Shown: one piece after another, positions 1 through 12,987 of the stretch | Layout: each line of letters begins with the position of its first letter | Position numbering within the stretch: the first letter of the stretch is position 1 | From: Malacoraja senta | Lineage: Eukaryota | Reading direction: 5' to 3' | Assembly (NCBI GenBank): GCA_038087875.1 | Contig: CM075989.1 | Span: forward strand, 19,098,001-19,162,000 | Length of the DNA stretch: 64,000 nt | The notes under the pieces: generated by a model | What the model was told of the DNA's origin: nothing | The model's input: only the letters and a program-made list of their open reading frames with translations | The model's database searches: none | Translations under genes and position numbers: made by a program

Positions 1-807
1 TTTGGCTCAGGAGCAAAATAAGTCATTTCTGAGAAACACAACAACAAATTGCAGGAAATGAACAGTGGGATCATCAAATTTTGATAAAGTAAAAATGTAC
101 TCAAATGTTTAAATATATGCCTCTGTATACCACGTGAATATTGAATTACACCATCACAATCTGGAATGTGACATAATCGACTAATTTAATTTCTAATCGT
201 TGAAGACCTACTTTCCTTTCTGAGGGGCCAATTATTCTTTGTATCTTCCCTTGAGTTATTAAGCTCAACAAAATGCAACAAGGATGCAGTCAGTTGCACT
301 ATCAATCTGCATTATTTGTCCATGGATTAAATATGTTACAAGCTGCATCTGAAAGAGTTTAGGTTAAAGCACAAAATAAAAAGACTAAGGTTCAAATGCT
401 GGAGGTGGAAAAGAAACTACAAAACTAATATTCAGTAAGTTCTGATGATAGGTCTTTACGTTGGTTCAACATCACGTTGCCTTTCTATTTTCCATTTAGT
501 GAATAATTACTGCTCTCTGTAAGTCTCTTTCTTTGTCTGAAGCAATCCCTTACGACCAGTGGAACAGCTGGTAGATCTGCTGCCTCAGACTGCTGGAGAC
601 CCAGGTTCCATCCTGTCCTCGGGTGCTGACTGTAGCGTTTGCACATTCTTTCTGTGACCGCGTGGGTTTCCTCTGGGTGCTCCGGTTTCCTCAAAATAAT
701 TTTCAGAGACCAGAGCAAATCTTTGACCGTCGAGAATTAATTCTTTTTTTTCAAGCTTATCAATCAGTCCTGGTTTATATGTTGTTGTTGAACTAACTGC
801 ACACTAA

Positions 808-1030
808 CTGTATCTGTGCGGAGTTTTGTACATTCTCCTTGTGACTGTGTGGGTTTTCTCCAGGTGCTCCGGTTTCCTCCCACATTCCAAAGACGTGCAG
901 GTTTGTAGGGTCATTGATTTCTGTAAATTGCCCCTAGTGTGTAGGATAGAACTAGTGTATGGGTGATTGGTTAGCATGGACTCTGGGCCGGAGGACATGT
1001 TTCTACGCTGTATCTCTAAACTGAACTAAA
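808..1030 (+). mobile_element. HE1-like V-SINE, 5'-truncated
   Basis: V-domain plus tail ending tatctctaaactgaactaaa. A decayed head fragment also lies at about 566-692. Confidence 0.8.
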
Positions 1031-1457
1031 TGTAGTGCTCATTGTTTTAAAACAAGTCCTCTTCCAATTGTGTCACTAGATGGCATGTTTGCACATCAGA
1101 AAAATTAGAAGTTACAAAGAGTCCCATTATGGAAACGCAAGAAACTGCAGTTGCTGGAACCTTGAGCTGAACACAAAGTGCTGGAGAAACTCAGCGGGCC
1201 TGGCACCATCGGTGGAGGGAATGGACAGGCGACGTTTTAGGTTGGGACTCTTCTATAGACTTGAATGGGGAGGAAGTGCTCTAATTAATGTTGGCATCCT
1301 TCAATGGTGGGAAAGATGCGGCCTTTCATAATGTATCAGGTTTAACATTAGCTTTATCATTACATTTAATGACCACCGAGTTGTGCAACGTGAAGATCTT
1401 CAGTTGGCCACTTTCTATGCTGGTCCGACGGCAATCAGATCTCCAGGGGAACAGCAT

Positions 1458-2311
1458 TAGCGGCGGCGCGGATTACTGCAGCGGCCCCTACAGCCTGTCT
1501 GTCTTTTTTTTTTTTTTTGTCTAGTTAAATGTAGTTGTTTGTGTTTTTTTATACTGTTTTTAACTGTGTATATGTGGGGGGCGGGGGGGGGGAGGGGGAA
1601 ACTTAAAAAATCTCTTCCCTGCACGGGAGACCCGACCTTTTCCCTGTCGGGTCTCCGTTGTCGTTGGGGCCTAGCTCCGTGGAACGGCCTCCGACCGGGA
1701 CGACCTGGGGGCTCCAGTCGCGGAGCCTGCGGAGCTGCGGACTTACCATCGTGGGGCTGGCCGGCCTCGTAGCGTGAGGAGCGGTGGTGGCTCGCTGCTG
1801 CGGCCCGACTCCGGAGCTCCAGCTGCAGACCCGTGGACAGTGATATCGGGAGCTCGCGGGTCCGGGTGGGAGACCGCTTTCCGGAGCTCCCGCAACGCAA
1901 CTTCTCCAGCCCATGTCGCGGGGTTGGAACGACCCGGAGCGGGGACGTAAATCGCCCGGCGCGGCTTTAATGGCCGCAGGACATTCCAGCGCCCGTTGGG
2001 GGCTCCAACTTTGTGACTTTTGGGCCTGGAGCGAGGCCGTATACAGCCCGGCGCGGCCTCAACGGCCGTGGGACTTAACATTGCCCGCCTGGGGCTTCAA
2101 CATCAGGAGAAAAATGGTGCAGGGGAGAGAAAAGACTTTGCCTTCCATCACAGTGAGGAGGAGATTCACTGTGATGGATGTTTTTCTGTAAATTGAATTG
2201 TTTGTGTGTCGTGTAGGAATTGTTTTGTTTGTATGGCTGTGGAAATGGAGTTTCGTTTGAGCCTCTTTGAGGTTCAAATGACAAGAAATAAAATCTAATC
2301 TAATCTAATCT
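1458..2311 (+). mobile_element. About 850-bp GC-rich non-autonomous retroelement, related to 10512-11360
   Basis: Same architecture: short GC-rich leader, T-rich tract, G-run, CpG-rich body, ccatcacagtga hairpin, 3' stem-loop, AATAAA and (TCTAA)n tail. Confidence 0.7.
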
Positions 2312-2635
2312 AGCAGCTGATGACATTCTCTTAACGACCAGAGCCCTCCACGTTTGCTAGTCTTGAAGGCCAAAGACTTAGTATAGACTCCTCGAGTGCT
2401 CATTGATGTTTGTATTCATATAAGGACAGAGAATACTTTTTCAAGTCATTAATCGTAGTCCTTTGATGTTGCCAGAAGTCCTTTTGCCTATCAGTTTTGG
2501 TCTTTGGTCAAGTTTATGTTCCCCAAAGCACACCATCTTAACTCAAAGAACAAGTAAAATGATTCAGATTTTCCTGGAGCCAAACATCATCTGGTCACCT
2601 GCTTGAAGCACCCGTCATCTGAAATTCATAGAGTC

Positions 2636-2940
2636 TTAGACTTAAACAGAGATACAGCGGGGAAACAGGCCCTTCTGCCCACTGAGTCCGCGCGGACCAG
2701 CGATCCTTGTACACTAACATTGTCCCTACACACTGGGGACAATGTGATAATTTTACTGGAGCCAACTAACCTACAACCTACAAATCTGTACATCTTTGGT
2801 GTGTGGGAGGAGACCAGAACAACCGGAGGGAACCCACATGGTCACAGGAAGAACATACAAACTCCATACCCGTAGTCAGAATCGAACCCGGGTCTCTGGT
2901 GCTGTAAGGCAACGACTCTACCTTTGCGCCATTGTGCCGA
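2636..2940 (-). mobile_element. HE1-like V-SINE
   Basis: Reverse complement of the head, V-domain and tail. Confidence 0.85.
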
Positions 2941-2942
2941 AA

Positions 2943-3445
2943 AGTCATAGAGCTGTTTCGCATGGAAACAGGCCTTTCAGCCCACCTTGACCATACTGAT
3001 CATGTTGGCATATTGGGCTAGTCCCACTTGCCTACATTTGGCCTGTATCCCTTTAAACCCTCCCAATCCATGTATCTGCACAAATGTCTTTTAAAAGTCA
3101 TAATTGAATCCGCTTCTATAGTTTCCTCTGGCAGCTCATTGCAGATACAGACTGCTCTATGAATGAAAAAGCTGTCCCCCTTAAAAATCTCCCCTCTCAC
3201 TTTAAGCCTATGCTCTCTAGTTTTAGAACCCTCTACCTGGGAAAAGGACTGTGAGCGTTCACTTCATCCATGGCCCACATGATCTCAATCAGGTTGCCTC
3301 TCAGCCTCCTACACTCCAAAGAAAGAAGTCCCAGCCTATCCAACTCCTCCCTATACCTTGAGCCCACAAGCCCAGGTAACATCCTGATGAATCTCTTCTG
3401 TACCCTTTCCAACTTAATGACATCCTTCCTGTAGCCTGGCGATCA
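2943..3445 (-). mobile_element. CR1 (HER1-like) LINE 3' fragment
   Basis: FFIHRAVCICNELPEETIEADSIMTFKRHL matches the CR1 ORF2 end (FFxxRVVxxWNxLP), followed by the ggcctgtttccatg tail. Confidence 0.8.
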
Positions 3446-3464
3446 GAAAATTCCAGAATTTTTT

Positions 3465-3750
3465 AGTTTAGAGATACAGCGTGGAAACGAACCCTTCAGC
3501 CCGCACCTACCAGCGATCCCCGCACATTAAAACTACTCTACACACACTAGGGACAATTTACACATACACTAAGCCAAATAACCTACAAACCTGTACGTCT
3601 TCAGAGTGTGGGAGGAAACCGAAGATCTCGGAGAAAACTGACTCGGTCACGGGGAGAATGTACAAACTCCATACAGATAGCACTCGTAGTCAGGATCGAA
3701 CCCGGGTCTCTGGCGTTGCAAGCACTGTAAGGCAGCAACTCCACCGCGCT
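3465..3750 (-). mobile_element. HE1-like V-SINE
   Basis: Same family; B-box ggatcgaacc on the plus strand. Confidence 0.85.
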
Positions 3751-3769
3751 GGGGCAAGTTTTTTACAGA

Positions 3770-4640
3770 GAGAACAAAACATATAAGATTGTTAAGGGTT
3801 AGGACACGCTAGAGGCAGAAAACATGTTCCCGATGTTGGGGGAGTCCAGAACCAGGGGCCACAGTTTAAGAATAAGGAGTAAGCCATTTAGAACGTAGAC
3901 GAGGAAACACTTTTTCTCACAGAGAGTGGTGAGTCTGTGGAATTCTCTGCCTCAGAGGGTGGTGGAGGCAGGTTCTCTGGATGCTTTCAAGAGAGAGCTA
4001 GATAGGGCTCTTAAAAATAGTGGAGTCAGGGGATATGGGGAGAAGGCAGGAACGGGGTACTGATTGTGGATGATCAGCCATGATCACATTGAATGGCGGT
4101 GCTGGCTCGAAGAGCCGAATGGCCTACTCCTACACCTATTGTCTATTATTGAGAGTGGTGAGTGCCTGGAACATGCTGCCGGGGGTGGTGGTTGAGGCAG
4201 TTATGCTAGTGGCATTTTAAAGGCTTTTGGATTGGCATTTGGATATGCAGGTAATGAAGGGATATGGATCATGTGCAGGTAGATAAGCAACATGTGCGAC
4301 AGACATTTTGGGCCAAAATGCCTGTTCATGTGTTGTACTGTTCCTATCTTCTATGTTAACTAGAGTGCTTAAGTTTAAGGTGAAAGGAGAAAGATTTGAT
4401 AGGAACCTGAGGATCAACCTTTTCGCCCAGAGGGTGGTGGATTTATGGAAGGAGCTGCCAGAGGAGATAGTTGAGTCAGGTACGATAACAACATTTAAAA
4501 GACATTTGGACAGGTGCACAGATTGGAAAGGTTTAGACAGATATGGGCCAAATGCAGGCTACTGGGACTAGATGGGGCTTCTGGTTAACATGGACGAGCT
4601 GGGCCGAAGGGCCTGTTTCCATGTTGTATAACTCTCTGAC
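3770..4640 (+). mobile_element. Three tandem CR1 LINE 3' fragments
   Basis: RGHSLRI...FFSQRVVSLWNSLP-type frames with three successive tails. Confidence 0.8.
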
Positions 4641-6428
4641 AAGATCGGAGGTTGTTCAATTATTCAAAAAAAATTCCGGAAACTCCGTGAGACGTAAATA
4701 ATTTTAAGTGACATGCGAACAATAACACAAACAGCGCAGTGTAGCTTTAATATCTGCCTGGACTCCAGCGAATGATGATGACCCTAGCACGCTGAGGGCC
4801 AGTCTCCTTTCCCTTTCTGCATTACACAGTGCAGTTAGATTTGCTGCATTAACTGCGTTCAGCTTTATCCTCAACTGTGCCGCCCGCAACAGTTTGAATA
4901 AAGGGATTATTTAGTAATTAGAGGCTCAGAAGATGCAGTGAATAGTGCCTTTTGTGTAGTGTAGGGGCAGTGTAGACTTTCTGGGTTTATCTTTTAATGA
5001 ACGACCAAATAATTAATATTGTGTCCTAGATTTGCATATTATGCAAGCAAATTAACAAGTGGTTTAGCAGTCATTTGAACAAACTGCAAATTCTGGACAT
5101 TTTCCATTGCTGGAACTGACAGCTTTAGGCATTGTTTTAATGTTTATGCTGACTGCAAATGAATTAAACTAAGGTCAGTTAATGATTGGTGCTTTTGTTC
5201 AAAGGAAGATATCATTCCAACACAGTCTGCTGAGGGTGCAGAATTATAGATCTATTTTCTGCCGAACTTAGTCGTTATCATGTTGCATAATATCATATCT
5301 GGATTGCAGTGCGTACAACAACCTTGATGATTAAGACCCTAATAAACCATAATGAGGAAATCACACTGAAAATAACATTGCTTTATTCCTCATAAAACCG
5401 AATGGATGGGAATGTTGGTGTGCTTCCTGTCTCAAATGAGGATCGGCGCGTTTCAATGGCTAAAACTCAGTCCAGTTATGGGCTGGGTTGAGAGGAGTTC
5501 AGAAGGTTTCAACTACAATTCGTGAACACAAGCGGCCAATTCAAGCTGCTTTTTCACCTGGATTCCTCCCCTCCCACTTTTACAGGTCACAGTCACAGAC
5601 TCATACAGCGTGGAAACAGGCCCTTCGGCCTAACTTGCCCACGTCAACTAACATGTCCCATCAACACTAGTCCCACCTGCCTGCTTTTGGCCCATATCCC
5701 TCTAAACCTGTCCTATCCATATAACTGTCTGAATGTTTCTTAAACATTGTGATGACACCTGCCTTCACTACCTCCTCCAGAAACTTGTTCCATAAACCCA
5801 CCCCCTTTGTTATCCCTCAGATTCCTAGTAAATCTTTCCCCCCCCTCACCTTGAACCTATGCCCTCTGCTTACCGATCTCCCTACTCTGGGCAAAAGATT
5901 CCAGTCCTAGGTTAGGCAGCATCTGCGGTGTTAATATTTTAGGCCAACAAACTTTCAACAGTTCATAAACGATAAGTGCTGGAGGAACTCAGCAGGTCAG
6001 GCAGCATCCGTGGAGGGAATGGACAGACGACATTGCGGGTTGGGACCCTCCTTCACACTCATGGAGTAGGGAGGAGAAAGCTGGAGAGGAGAGGTAGGGG
6101 TTAGGGGTGATAGATGGACACAGGTGAGAGGAGGGGGAGGGTTAGCAGATGGGTGGAGTAAATGACATGATTTCTCAAGATTCCAGCATCTCCATTTCTT
6201 TGCATCTCCTCTATTATATTTCCCAAGGCTGAAGAACGGTCCCAACCCAAAACATCGTCTGTCCATTTCCCCCATTGATGCTGCCTGACCCGCTGAGTTT
6301 GCTATTTGCTCAAGATGCTATCATCTGCAGTTTATTGTGTCTGAACTTTCACCAGAACTGGGCAAAGATAAAATTCTTTGGTATTGGTTCATTACCGTCA
6401 CGTGTACCGAGATAACAGTGAAAAATGT

Positions 6429-6569
6429 GGGGTGGAAGATTGCGACCTTCACGTGGTCCGTCCGCCCTGTTTCGACTAATGCAATCAACTCGACGTGCAC
6501 AAATGGAAGATCAAATAGAACAAGTTGTCCTACAACTTTAGGCTGTGCATACCACACGCAAGAAGAAGA
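6429..6569 (+). mobile_element. 140-bp retroposed insert with a (GAA)n tail, nested in a Rex1-like LINE tail
   Basis: Duplication agtgaaaaa(t/c)gt at 6417-6428 and 6570-6581. Confidence 0.6.
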
Positions 6570-8231
6570 AGTGAAAAACGTTTGTGCACTATCTGGTCAA
6601 GTCAATTCATACTATACTTAAGTACAATGAAGACATACATAAGTTCAACAGGTTGTGCAAAGAGAGAAAAATACCAGAGTGCAGAATATAATGTTACTGC
6701 ATTGTGGTGTTATAGTTCCAGAGAAAAAGTCTAAGTTCCACAATGAGGGAGGTTGGAAGATCGGAACTACACACTAGCTAATGGAAGGATCGTTCAGTAG
6801 TCTGATAACAGCAGGGAAGAAGCTATTCCTGAGTCTGGTGGTGCGTGCATTCAAGGTTTTATATCTTTTGGGAGAGGGGAGAAGAGGGTGATAAAGGTCC
6901 CTGATTATGTTGACTGCTTTCCCAAGGCATCCATATTATATCCATAATTAGTGGGAGAGTCTAGGACCAGAGGCCATAGCCTCAGAATAAAAGGACGTAC
7001 TTTTAGAAAGGAGATGAGGAATTTCTTTAGGCAGTGGGTGGTGAACCTGTGGAATTCATTGCCACAGACAGCTGTGGAGGCCGTCAATGGATATTTTTAA
7101 GACGGAGATTGACAGATTATTGATCACTACGGGTGTCGGATGATGGGGAGATGGCAGGAGAATGGGGTTGAGAGGGAAAGATAGATTGGCCACGATCGAA
7201 TGGCGGAATGGACTTGATGGGCCGAATGGCCTATTTCTGCTCCTAGAACTTCTGAACATTATAAACTCATTCAATAATCTGCAGAGATACTACCTGACCT
7301 GCTGAGTAGTTCCTCTTTTAATTTCAGGTAAATTGCCCCTAGTGGATGAAATAGTGGGATAAGGTACTAGAACTAGTGTGAACAAACAGCTGCTCGATGG
7401 TCGATGTGGCGTCAGGCCCCGTTCCCATGCTGTGTCTTTCAATAAATCAATGAATTGATTTTGAGATCTGGTTCCATGCAGTATTAGCAGGTGGAAGTGG
7501 TTACATACCCAGATCTGGGTATGGGGAACGAAAGAGAGCGTGGGAGGAAACCGAAGATTTCGGAGAAAACCCACGGGGTCACGGGGAGAACTTACAAACT
7601 CTGTACAGTCAAGCACCTGTAGTCAGGATCGAACCTGGGTCCCTGGTGCTGTGAGGCCAGCAGGCAGCATATACATCTGCAGCCGGCGTTGAAAATGTTT
7701 CTCTTCACCAAGGCGGGTCTGTGGGTCTCTTGTCTCACCTGCCTTGCCTCTACCAGTGTTCGCCGTGGTCTCTCACAATAGCAGCCAGCAGACTCCCATC
7801 CTAACATCTCATCAGAGACACACCTGGCAAGCCGCAGTATAATCTGTCTGGGATAACCTGATATTATCTCCTTAGGTCGCCTTGTTTATGCAGAACCTCT
7901 GGGTAATTCTGTAACTGTGGGAGCAGCTGGAGGCATATTGTAGGTGTAGATGTGTGCTGTGGGGAGACTGCATGAGAACGTACTCTCAGACATAGTCTCA
8001 CACGAGACGAACAAAAGCTTAACAAATAAATATACTGAACTCTATAGAAGTAATAACAAAATAATCAACAGGTAGAAACAGAGAACTGGTTGCTGGTTTA
8101 TACCAAACATAGACAAAAAAGTGCTGGAATAAATCAGCAGGTCAGGAGGCATCTCTGGAGAAAATGGATAGGTGACATTTGACGTTTTTTTTTTCTCCAC
8201 AGATGCTGCCTGACCGACAAAGTGATCATGT

Positions 8232-9595
8232 CAGGTCGAGTTCATTGTCATATGCGTGGGTACAGTGAGGTACAGGTATAATGAAAACCTTGCTTGCAGC
8301 AGCATCACGGACACACATGCAAACACATACATTATACACAAGTTACACATGAATTCCACAAGGGAGTGAGAAGCGAAAGACTCTGCAAAACACAAGACCT
8401 TGATGCTAAACACAATTAGTAAACAAGTCCGAGGTAGACACAAAATGCTGGAGTAACTCAGCGGGTGAGGCAGCATCTCTGGAGAGAAGGAATGGACAAC
8501 GTCTCTGGAGAGAAGGAATGGGCGACGTTTCGGGTTGAGACCCGAAACGTCGCCCATTCCTTCTCTCCAGAGATGCTGCCTCATCTGCTGAGTTACTCCA
8601 CCATTTGTGTCTACCTTCGATTTAAACCAGCATCTGCAGTTCTTACACATAGCGAACGTCCATGTTAGTGCAAGAGTTGGTCCCAAATGTGTTCCATTTT
8701 CAAGGCAAGGTTAGGGTTTCAAGAACCTGATGGTTGCAGGAAAGTTCCTGAACTTGGTGGTGTGGAACTTCAGGCTGCCATACCAACTGTCTGATGGTAG
8801 CTGTGGGAAGCGGGCACGGCCCAACTGGTGGGTATCATTGATGATAGATACCATCTTCTTGAGGCAGCGCCTCATGCAGATGCTTTTGATGGTGGGGAGG
8901 GCTGTGCCGGTGATGGACCGGGCTGAGTCCACCACTCCCTGAAGCCTCTCGGGTTCCTGTGTGTATTGGAATTGCCGTACCAGGCCCTGGTGGTGCAACC
9001 AGTCAGGATACTTTGTACAGTGTATTTGTAGAGGTTTGTTATGAGAATTCTTAAATCTCTTTAAATGTTAAAGAAAGTAGAGGTGCTGGGACACCTTCTT
9101 CATGATTGCATGTTGAGCAAGGCCCAAGACAGGTCACCTGATACATTAACGCCCAGAAATTTGACGCTTCTAACCAAAGATCCTATAGATGGTCCACTCG
9201 ACGAAAAAGATGTAGTACGGTCATGGGCAGATTCATGGGTAATTTAAGGCCCCATTTCTGTAACCGGCTTCCGTCTCCGCACCAAAGATCCCATAGGATA
9301 ATAGTGCGGAGACGGAAGCCGGTTACGGAGACATCCTCGTAAAAATAAAAGTTATTTGGTAAAAATCTTCTCCTCATTTTCAGAATTTAAATTTATTAAC
9401 ACAAACTGTTCCCCCGCAACGTTGATTACACTGCGAGTCGGATCGGGTCGGGTCGGGTCCGGTTACAGAAATGGATGAAAAAAAGGCTTCCGTTCCGTTG
9501 CGTACTACACTCGTCAGCCCATTGCATTTAGCAGGAGTGGCCTATCTTGCTCCACTATAGGATCTTTGCTTCTAACTCTCTCAGTGAAATCAACA
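8232..9595 (-). mobile_element. Decayed Rex1/Babar-type LINE 3' part hosting a hAT MITE and a Penelope hairpin
   Basis: Translation ERLQGVVDSARSITGTALPTIKSI..RRCLKK..SII.D (8711-8998) and a catatgacaatgaa tail. Confidence 0.7.
9175..9568. mobile_element. hAT-superfamily MITE
   Basis: Perfect 14-bp TIRs caaagatcctatag / ctataggatctttg and a perfect 8-bp TSD cttctaac at 9167-9174 and 9569-9576. Confidence 0.9.
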
Positions 9596-9907
9596 AAACG
9601 TCTTCCAGGCAAAATGTGCAGGAAGGAACTGCAGATGCTGGCTTACACCGAAGATAGACACAAAATGTTGGAATAACTCAGCGGGTCGGGCAGCATCTCT
9701 GAAGAAGGGTCTCGGCCCAAAACATCACCCGTTCCTTCTCTCCAGAGATGCTGCCTGTCCCGCTGAGTTACTCCGGCATTCTGTGTCAAACATCTACAGG
9801 CAGTTCAGTACGATTAACATACGGATTCGAAATACCGGTTTCACAGAAAGGCTTGAAAGCACAAGCACTATCTCAGCATTAAAGCAGAGCCAGAAAGGTT
9901 TTCAGAA

Positions 9908-10107
9908 NNNNNNNNNNNNNNNNNNNNNNNNNNNNNNNNNNNNNNNNNNNNNNNNNNNNNNNNNNNNNNNNNNNNNNNNNNNNNNNNNNNNNNNNNNNNN
10001 NNNNNNNNNNNNNNNNNNNNNNNNNNNNNNNNNNNNNNNNNNNNNNNNNNNNNNNNNNNNNNNNNNNNNNNNNNNNNNNNNNNNNNNNNNNNNNNNNNNN
10101 NNNNNNN
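9908..10107. other. Assembly gap (200 N)
   Basis: Run of N. Confidence 0.99.
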
Positions 10108-10180
10108 AACACTAGCACTATCCTACACACTAGGGACAATTTACAATTTTATTGGAGCTAATTGACCTACAAACCTGTAA

Positions 10181-10381
10181 AGGGCCTGTCCCACTTGGGT
10201 GTCATTTGCGTGTCATGCAGATGGCACGCGAAGATTTTGTACATCCCCAAATCCTGGGGCGCCGCTCGCGACCGCGCGTCACTGCCTACGTCACCACGCA
10301 CCATGCGCACGTCGTGCGTCGTGACGCGTAAATTATGTCGCGTAAATGACGTGCAAATGACACCCATGTGGGACAGGCCCG
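10181..10381. mobile_element. PIF/Harbinger-type MITE
   Basis: About 36-bp TIRs (gggcctgtcccacttgggtgtcatttgc and gcaaatgacacccatgtgggacaggccc) with a 3-bp TAA duplication at 10178-10180 and 10382-10384. Confidence 0.85.
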
Positions 10382-10511
10382 TAAGTCTTTTGGAGTGTGG
10401 GAAGAAATCGGAGCACCCAGAGAAAACCCACGCAGTCACAGGGAGAACGTGCAAACTCCATACAGAAAGCACCCGTCATCAGGATCGAACTTGGGTCTCT
10501 GGCGTTGTAAG

Positions 10512-11360
10512 ATAGATAGATAGATAGATTCCTTTATTGTCATTCAGACCTTTCGGTCTGAACGAAACTTTGTTGCCTGCAGTCATACATATAATAAATA
10601 ACAAAACACACAATAACACAAATTAACATCCACCACAGTGAGTTGACCAGGCACCTCCTCACTGTGATGGAGGCAAAAGTCTTAAAGTCTCTGTCTCTTC
10701 CCTCTTTGTTCTCCCTCTGCGCTGAGGCGATCCAGGCTTCTGACGTTGTGACCCCCCGCCGGGTGATGGTAAGTCAGTCCCGCGGCTGAATCCGTGCTCC
10801 GTCCGCGGCGGGCCGGTTCAAACTCCGCGGCCGGGGTGGCCGAAGCTGCCGCCCTCCAGTCCAGCGGACGCAGCTGTAGTTGCGGGAGCCCCAGAAAATC
10901 AGGTCACCCACCTGTGACCTGCGAGCTCCCGACGATGTCGTCCACCGGGCCCGCGGCCGAGCCTCCGGACTCAGGTCGCCACCAGCGTCCTCGGTCGCCA
11001 CCGCCAGAACGCCACCGCAGCCCCGAAGCCGGCCAGCCCCGCGCTGGTAAGTCCTGGCTCTGCCTCCGGAGCCTCGAGGTCGGTCGGTCGCAGTTGGAGT
11101 TGGAGGCCGGCAGCTCCGCCATTTTGGCCTCAGCGCAGACGGAGGCAGAGAAGGGGGATACGACAAGAAAAAGTCGCATTCCCCTGAAGGAAGAGACAAA
11201 AGTCATGTTTCACCCCCCCCCCCCCACCCCACCCCACCCCCACCCCACACATACACAACCCAATAAACTAAAATTTGACTAAAACAGGACAAAAGAAAAG
11301 TAAAAACAGACGGACTGCAGGCGAGCCGCAGCTGTGCAACAGCACCTCCACTTCCGCCAC
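10512..11360 (-). mobile_element. About 850-bp GC-rich non-autonomous retroelement with a Rex1-like 3' end
   Basis: TSD tgtaag at 10506-10511 and 11361-11366. 3' stem-loop, AATAAA and (TATC)n tail. No recognisable protein. Confidence 0.7.
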
Positions 11361-11904
11361 TGTAAGGCAGTACCTCTACCGCTGCATCACCGTGCCACCC
11401 TGGGTGTGTAAGCCTGACTCATACTGGGCTGTTCGCAGTTGAACTTCAAGAGTGTCGTGTCAATGTGACGTTCCTCGCTGTGGTAAGTGTATTTTCAGTT
11501 CAGGACCTGTGCAATAAACTGCACCACGCTATTTATTTTATAGGCATCATATCCTTCGGTAACAGCCTTCGGCAAACAATGCTTGTTTTACAAACAGTTT
11601 CACTATTTCCAAGGATAACTAGGGAGGATCAATAAATCCGGGCTGGCCTTTGATGTCAGCATTCTCAGCATGAGTTTACATTAAGAATTAATATGAATAA
11701 TGATTTTTCTAATTTCTTTTTTTTTTGTTTTTTTTGTTTTTGTTTTTTTGTTTATTTTATTAGAAGTTAATACAATACAAAATAATACAGTGGCACCTAA
11801 TTTTAGGTGCCAACTATGTCATAACATAATGCATTCTATGTACAACCTCTAGTTTTATGTTTTTGAAAAGGAGGTAAAAAATAAAAAAAATAAAGATTTT
11901 TCTA

Positions 11905-12250
11905 ATTTCAAGTAACACTTGCATTTCCTCTCTCTCCACTCCCCTTCCCACCTGAGTCATCCTGCTAGTTTCACTGTTCGTATCCATTCGTCATCACCTC
12001 TTCCACAGCCAACAATGGACCATTGTGGACTCCACCTTTCCTTGGTCATCGGTGCCGGCTCCTATTTGTTCTGTACCTTTCTTTACCTCTAGTTTCCTTC
12101 CCCCCTGACTCTCAGTCTGAAAGAAGGGCCTCGACCCGAAACGTCACCCATTCCTTCTCTCCAGAGATGCTGCCTGTCCCGCTGAGTTACTCCAGCATTT
12201 TGTGTCTACCTTCGGTGTAAACCAGCGTCTGCAGTTCCTCCCTACACATG
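11905..12250 (+). mobile_element. Penelope-like 3' UTR / pseudo-LTR fragment
   Basis: Homologous to 30530-30855. Hammerhead-like core with one additional A at 12117-12145. Confidence 0.75.
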
Positions 12251-12987
12251 AGTTTGCAAGAGGCGTGGCTCGGGGTGGGGGTGTGAAACGGCGAGGCGAG
12301 AACCCTTCACACTTAGCTGCATGAGTGTTGCATGAGTCACAATGCGAGCTATAGAACACCGGCATCACAGCCATTGTGTTGCACCGATTGCATTAGTGTG
12401 ACACATTCCTCTCGGGACGCTTTTGTGATGTGGTATAGGTCTTCCATTACTTGTGGTTATAAATAAAGTCATCAAGCCTTCAACACATTGAAACGTTTGA
12501 CAAAACACGAGACATGATTCTGGGGCGGTGATGAAACCGTCTGCAACGAAGATTCAGATATAGACCCGGTTTATAATGTTCTATTCAACAAACACAGTGA
12601 CTGCAGCCCTTGTATTTGAACCATGTTGTCTTCAGTTGCTGAGTTATTAACCTAATGATCCCTCTGCATTAATTCAATTGGAAACTCCAACACACCTGCA
12701 AGTTAGCTGATGCTTTCAAAACATCAGAGGCTCAGGAGAAGATTTTGAAATATTTCCTTTTTTTAAATTGAAAGATACATCATGGAAACAGGCCCTTCAG
12801 CCCACACCGACCATCGATCACCTGTTGATACTAGCTCTATGTTACCCCACGTTTGCATCCACTCTACCATCATTACCAGGGAGGTTGAGCAGGCTAGGAT
12901 TTTATTCCTTGGAGCGCAGGAGGATGAGGGGATGATCTTATAGAGGTGTACAAAATCATGAGAGTAATAGATCGGGTAAACATACAG

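Larger units (their letters stand above)
10108..11400 (-). mobile_element. HE1-like V-SINE carrying two nested insertions
   Basis: SINE segments at 10108-10180, 10385-10511 and 11361-11400 are collinear with intact copies. Confidence 0.8.
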
